DNA from: FCB group bacterium | Lineage (GTDB): Bacteria > Bacteroidota > Ignavibacteria > Kapaibacteriales > UBA2268 | Length of the DNA: 36,407 bases | Direction: 5' to 3' | Assembly: GCA_049513175.1 (NCBI GenBank) | Contig: JBEKWK010000001.1 | Coordinates: 1-36,407, forward strand | Part shown: piece after piece, positions 32,993 through 36,407 of the stretch | Layout of the letters: each line of letters opens with the position of its first letter | Position numbering within the stretch: position 1 is the first letter of the stretch | Notes under the pieces: model-generated | Database searches by the model: none | The model's input: only the letters and a program-made list of their open reading frames with translations | Told to the model about the DNA's origin: nothing | Made by a program: the position numbers and the translations under genes

Positions 32993-35107
32993 ATGTTTAG
33001 CTTTTACTTCGGTTTGAATTTGAGAAAATATTATATCGTAATTTTATTATTATTAAACTCTTGGTTTCTGTTTGCTCAGGTACAGGAAAATTACACTGAT
33101 TCATACCCCAAAATAGGTATTTTCAGTGATTTCAATTTGAATAAACATACTGCTGATTTTCAGAAATTACCGGGTGTACCGAATTGCTGTCCGAGTTTCG
33201 AATCAGGCACAGGAAGCGGTGTTTCACTCGGTTTCCTATATGATATCCCATTTAACAATCATTTTTCTTTAACACTGAGAGCCGGTTATTCGGTTCTGAA
33301 TGGTAAGTTATCGAAAATAGAAGACACTTTTGTCAGGGAAGATTCCAATGTAGTCCCGGGTAAATTTGAACATACCATAGATGCTAAAATTAGTGATATA
33401 GGAATTGAACCCATTTTTACTTACAATACAGGTATTAATATAAATCTTCATGCAGGTACAAGATTAGGTTTATTGGCTCAAAAAAGTTATGAACAAATGG
33501 AAACTATTACCGAACCATCTGACAGAGGAGTTTTTGTTGATTCACGTTCAAGAACCAGGAATCATACCTCAGGGAGTTTACCTCAAGCTTCAGCTATATA
33601 TTTAGCACTTCTGGCAGGTATAAGCTATGACTTGCCATTAAACAAAGATAAATCTCTTCTTCTTTCTCCGGAATTTTATTATGATATTGGTTTGACAAAT
33701 CTCGTTAGTAATACAAATTGGAAGGTAAGTTCTATAAAGTTTGGATTAGCACTGATATATTCCCCCAAACCTTTAATTCATATACAACGTGAGAAAAATA
33801 TAAAAGAATTTAATATTGATACCGTCATGGTAGAAACTTATAAAGTTATTAATCCAACTTTAAAACAAGGTATTCCTGATATAAAAAATAGAAAATCATT
33901 AATTAATGACACTACATATATTGTTGAAACTATTACAAGAACCGACACCCTGTTTCAGCGGGCAAAACCGGTTGCAGTATTAAATGCTAATTCTCCAAAA
34001 GTAACAATGGAATATATTTCCAAAACTATTCAATATCCATTGTTACCTGTAATATTTTTCTTTAAATCTTCATGGACAATTTCTGATTATTATTATACAT
34101 CGCAAAACAAAAATAATTTTGAAATAGAGCAAGTACCGCCTGAACCGCTTCAGTTGCATAAGAACATATTAAATATTATAGGATTAAGGCTTACAAATAA
34201 TCCGGGTACTAAGATTTCGCTCAAAGGATACATTGACCCTACTACTGAAGGAAAAGATTGTAATATCGCTTTAATGCGGATGAAAAGCATAAAGGATTAC
34301 TTCATCAAAACATGGGGAATTGAAAGTAACAGGATTAATTTAGAACCTGTTGAAAATGATTGCTATCCTAAACGTTCACCTCAGACAATTGATTCTAATT
34401 TATACGCTGAAAACAAACATGTTGAAATATTATCTGATGATTACCCGATTCTTGCTCCTGTGTCTAAAGACAGTATTGTTGAGCTTAAATCTACTAATAC
34501 TGAAAAACTGAATATATCAACTCAAGGCTCTACTAAAGAAGGGATAAAAAAATGGAACATTACGGGTACATTCGGATTGGATACACTGTTTAACATAACC
34601 AAAAGTGGAGCACCACAGGACGTAAGTTTCCCTATGACATTGGAGCAATCAGTTTTAAACCGAATAAAAAATATTGATATTTCCTTTTACTTGCTCGATT
34701 CCGCCGGGAATGAGACAAGAGCTAACAAAACTGTTCAGCTTCAAAAAGATATATCTAAAACAGAAATTCAGCGAATGATGTATATTCTATTCGATGTTTC
34801 TGATGAAAATCTTTTATTCATTGCAAAAAAACAAATCGAGGATTTTGTTTTTAATATTAAATCGGCTACAAATGTATTTATAAACGGGTTTTCAGATGTT
34901 GTCGGACCTGAAAAAACAAACTTAACCTTGTCCCAAAACAGGGCAAAAAACACATCGGATTACGTTCACACATTAAATCCAAATCTAAAAACCTTTACGG
35001 TAAAAGGTCACGGTACGAGCAAATTTCCTGACGGTATTAATTCTTATTCAACTCCGTCTGAAAGATTTTTATCGAGAAGTGTGCAGATTGAGATTAGATT
35101 GAAATAA
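32993..35107 (+). CDS. OmpA-family outer-membrane protein: N-terminal beta-barrel-like region plus two OmpA_C-like domains
   Basis: Signal peptide LLLLNSWFLFAQ. Amphipathic strands (GVSLGFLYDIPF, SLTLRAGYSV, GIEPIFTYNTG, LALLAGISYDLPL, SIKFGLALIYS). A central degenerate OmpA-like unit (ISLKGYIDPTTEGKDCNIALMRMKSIKDYFIKTWGIESNRINLEP). A C-terminal unit (INGFSDVVGPEKTNLTLSQNRAKNTSDYV...RSVQIEI). Confidence 0.7.
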   Translation: MFSFYFGLNLRKYYIVILLLLNSWFLFAQVQENYTDSYPKIGIFSDFNLNKHTADFQKLPGVPNCCPSFESGTGSGVSLGFLYDIPFNNHFSLTLRAGYSVLNGKLSKIEDTFVREDSNVVPGKFEHTIDAKISDIGIEPIFTYNTGININLHAGTRLGLLAQKSYEQMETITEPSDRGVFVDSRSRTRNHTSGSLPQASAIYLALLAGISYDLPLNKDKSLLLSPEFYYDIGLTNLVSNTNWKVSSIKFGLALIYSPKPLIHIQREKNIKEFNIDTVMVETYKVINPTLKQGIPDIKNRKSLINDTTYIVETITRTDTLFQRAKPVAVLNANSPKVTMEYISKTIQYPLLPVIFFFKSSWTISDYYYTSQNKNNFEIEQVPPEPLQLHKNILNIIGLRLTNNPGTKISLKGYIDPTTEGKDCNIALMRMKSIKDYFIKTWGIESNRINLEPVENDCYPKRSPQTIDSNLYAENKHVEILSDDYPILAPVSKDSIVELKSTNTEKLNISTQGSTKEGIKKWNITGTFGLDTLFNITKSGAPQDVSFPMTLEQSVLNRIKNIDISFYLLDSAGNETRANKTVQLQKDISKTEIQRMMYILFDVSDENLLFIAKKQIEDFVFNIKSATNVFINGFSDVVGPEKTNLTLSQNRAKNTSDYVHTLNPNLKTFTVKGHGTSKFPDGINSYSTPSERFLSRSVQIEIRLK

Positions 35108-35113
35108 TAGGTA

Positions 35114-36136
35114 TTAAAAATTTGAATTATTATAGTAATTAATTATGGGGTCGGGATGGCTCAATCCCATATTTACTTGCTCGGATGCGGCTCTGCAGCC
35201 TGCAAAGCATTTGTTATAAATATTACACCCAATACAATAATCAGGTATTATTTCTTTCCAATTATTTATATAATCACTATTTATTAAATCTTCGATATTT
35301 TTTTCATATATATTACCTATAATAACCGGGGAATGATTGCATATTCTCATATTTCCAAATATATCAAAAGTTACAGGCATTTTAGATATATCCGTTGAAC
35401 ATGATACCAAAATAATTTGTTTATAATCATCAGGATTCAAAATACAATATGGAGTGCATACATTTGAAGTAATTCTAACACCAATTTCTCTAACCAAAGA
35501 ATTAGCAATACTGTATACATTTCTAAGAGAATCAATATCAGGTATCAAATGGTCTGCATTCCTAATACCTTCACCTCCTATATTATATCTTGTCAGCATA
35601 ATATCATTAATACCCAAATCATTTATATAAGTTATTGTTTCACCAAGTTCATTTATATTAATTTTCGATATAACAATATCCGCACAAATCTTTGTATTCA
35701 TTGACTGTAATTTCTTTATTGAATCAATAACATGTGAATGGGAACCGGCTTTCCTGGTCATTTTATCATGTGTAACCGGATTATACGAATGAATTGGCAG
35801 AATGAATTTGCTGACTCCTAAATCAACTAATTCCTTATATTTTTTTGAATCCTGGTTACTTCCGTTTGTGATTATATTAACTGATTTTTTCTTTAAACGG
35901 CAATACAAAACCAACTCATTTAACCTTTCGGCAAGCATCGGTTCTCCGCCGGAAAATGTTACTACATCAACATTTATATTTTTAATAATCTGTTTTAAAG
36001 TTTTTAAAGCTTGCTTATAAGAATTGTATTGAATGTTTGATTCGTTCGGGCGTTTCCAAATATTATAACAATAAAGACAATCGTTGTTGCATAAGGAAGT
36101 AACCTCAAAAATAATAAAGTTGATTTTAGGATTCAT
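35114..36136 (-). CDS. Radical SAM / SPASM-domain protein (peptide- or protein-modifying maturase type)
   Basis: N-terminal CNNDCLYCYN (CxxxCxxC). GGEP motif (FSGGEPML). C-terminal SPASM cysteines C...MRICNHS...CIGCNIYNKCFAGCRA (CxxCx5CxxxC). 340 aa. Confidence 0.85.
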   Translation of the reverse strand: MNPKINFIIFEVTSLCNNDCLYCYNIWKRPNESNIQYNSYKQALKTLKQIIKNINVDVVTFSGGEPMLAERLNELVLYCRLKKKSVNIITNGSNQDSKKYKELVDLGVSKFILPIHSYNPVTHDKMTRKAGSHSHVIDSIKKLQSMNTKICADIVISKININELGETITYINDLGINDIMLTRYNIGGEGIRNADHLIPDIDSLRNVYSIANSLVREIGVRITSNVCTPYCILNPDDYKQIILVSCSTDISKMPVTFDIFGNMRICNHSPVIIGNIYEKNIEDLINSDYINNWKEIIPDYCIGCNIYNKCFAGCRAASEQVNMGLSHPDPIINYYNNSNF

Positions 36137-36142
36137 TTATTA

Positions 36143-36406
36143 TTATTGAGAAACATGAATTATAAAATCTTCCCATAAATTTGTTTTATTTGCCTGTTGT
36201 GAATTTTCTCCATAAAAATTTAATTGGTATGTACCTGTACTCAAAGAAGAATCCAAAATGAAATAAAAATTTTCAGAAGAACTGTCGAAAGCCCCATCTG
36301 TCGGGAACAAATTCCCATTTTGTTTTTGAATATTAGTTGCAGAATCAATTAAATTAAAAGTATAAATACTATAAGTTCTTCTCAAAATATTTCCTTTGAC
36401 TGTATC
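36143..36406 (-). CDS. C-terminal fragment of a hypothetical protein (5' end beyond the window), immediately upstream of the rSAM/SPASM gene
   Basis: The reading frame stays open to the window edge (...DTVKGNILRRTYSIYTFNL...). The ORF-track 'start' at 36385 is only a TTG. Ser/Asn/Thr-rich beta-type sequence ending ...TGTYQLNFYGENSQQANKTNLWEDFIIHVSQ. The stop lies 6 nt before the rSAM ATG. Confidence 0.45.
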   Translation of the reverse strand, partial: DTVKGNILRRTYSIYTFNLIDSATNIQKQNGNLFPTDGAFDSSSENFYFILDSSLSTGTYQLNFYGENSQQANKTNLWEDFIIHVSQ

Positions 36407-36407
36407 A

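Noticed and set aside
36143-36385. The 80-aa ORF next to the rSAM/SPASM gene, considered as a small RiPP precursor peptide.
   Set aside because: The listed 'start' is a TTG, and the frame remains open through the window edge (…DTVKGNI upstream). It is therefore the C-terminus of a longer protein, not a stand-alone 80-aa precursor. It is kept only as a partial CDS.
1-36407. A window-wide search for CRISPR arrays, tRNA/rRNA genes, IS elements, integrases, prophage genes, long direct or inverted repeats, and signs of an alternative genetic code.
   Set aside because: No repeat-spacer periodicity and no GC-rich structured segments of 70-120 nt appear in any intergenic region (all are 237 bp or shorter and AT-rich). 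No transposase, recombinase or phage-like ORFs are present. All family-recognisable genes are full-length under the standard bacterial code, with no in-frame stops needing reassignment.

Overview
Visibly AT-rich, densely coding chromosomal segment with 30 CDS, two of them cut by the window edges. It looks like core and cell-envelope genome of an FCB-group bacterium (Bacteroidota/Ignavibacteriota-like). Supporting this, two proteins end in T9SS-type C-terminal sorting domains, and DUF1573, GWxTD and DUF2807 ('head GIN') families are present. Most start codons also lack an obvious Shine-Dalgarno sequence. Envelope functions dominate: SLT lytic transglycosylase, GT2 x3, GT4, GT9, a GT-C-like membrane protein, an SDR epimerase, a sugar nucleotidyltransferase fusion, two OmpA-family proteins and T9SS cargo. 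Housekeeping genes are interspersed: phosphofructokinase, a CbpA-type J-protein, Dtd, ThpR and a Cys/Met-metabolism PLP enzyme. I saw no rRNA, tRNA, CRISPR array, transposase/integrase or recognisable defence or toxin module. No intergenic region exceeds about 240 bp. I cannot support one clear-cut new 'system' from sequence alone. The best candidates for follow-up are: (i) a very tight four-gene minus-strand operon, SDR - membrane-anchored Ntn (penicillin-acylase-family) hydrolase - PflX-type radical SAM - CPBP intramembrane protease; (ii) a radical SAM/SPASM maturase at the right edge, 6 nt downstream of an ORF that runs out of the window; (iii) an 833-aa nucleotidyltransferase fused to a phosphohexomutase-like module in which three of the four signature loops lack their canonical residues (only the phosphoserine itself is kept); (iv) a divergent surface-protein cluster of DUF1573, a multi-ASH/cohesin-like T9SS cargo and a translationally coupled OM beta-barrel. 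All functional calls rest on motifs read by eye from the ORF translations. No database search was run.
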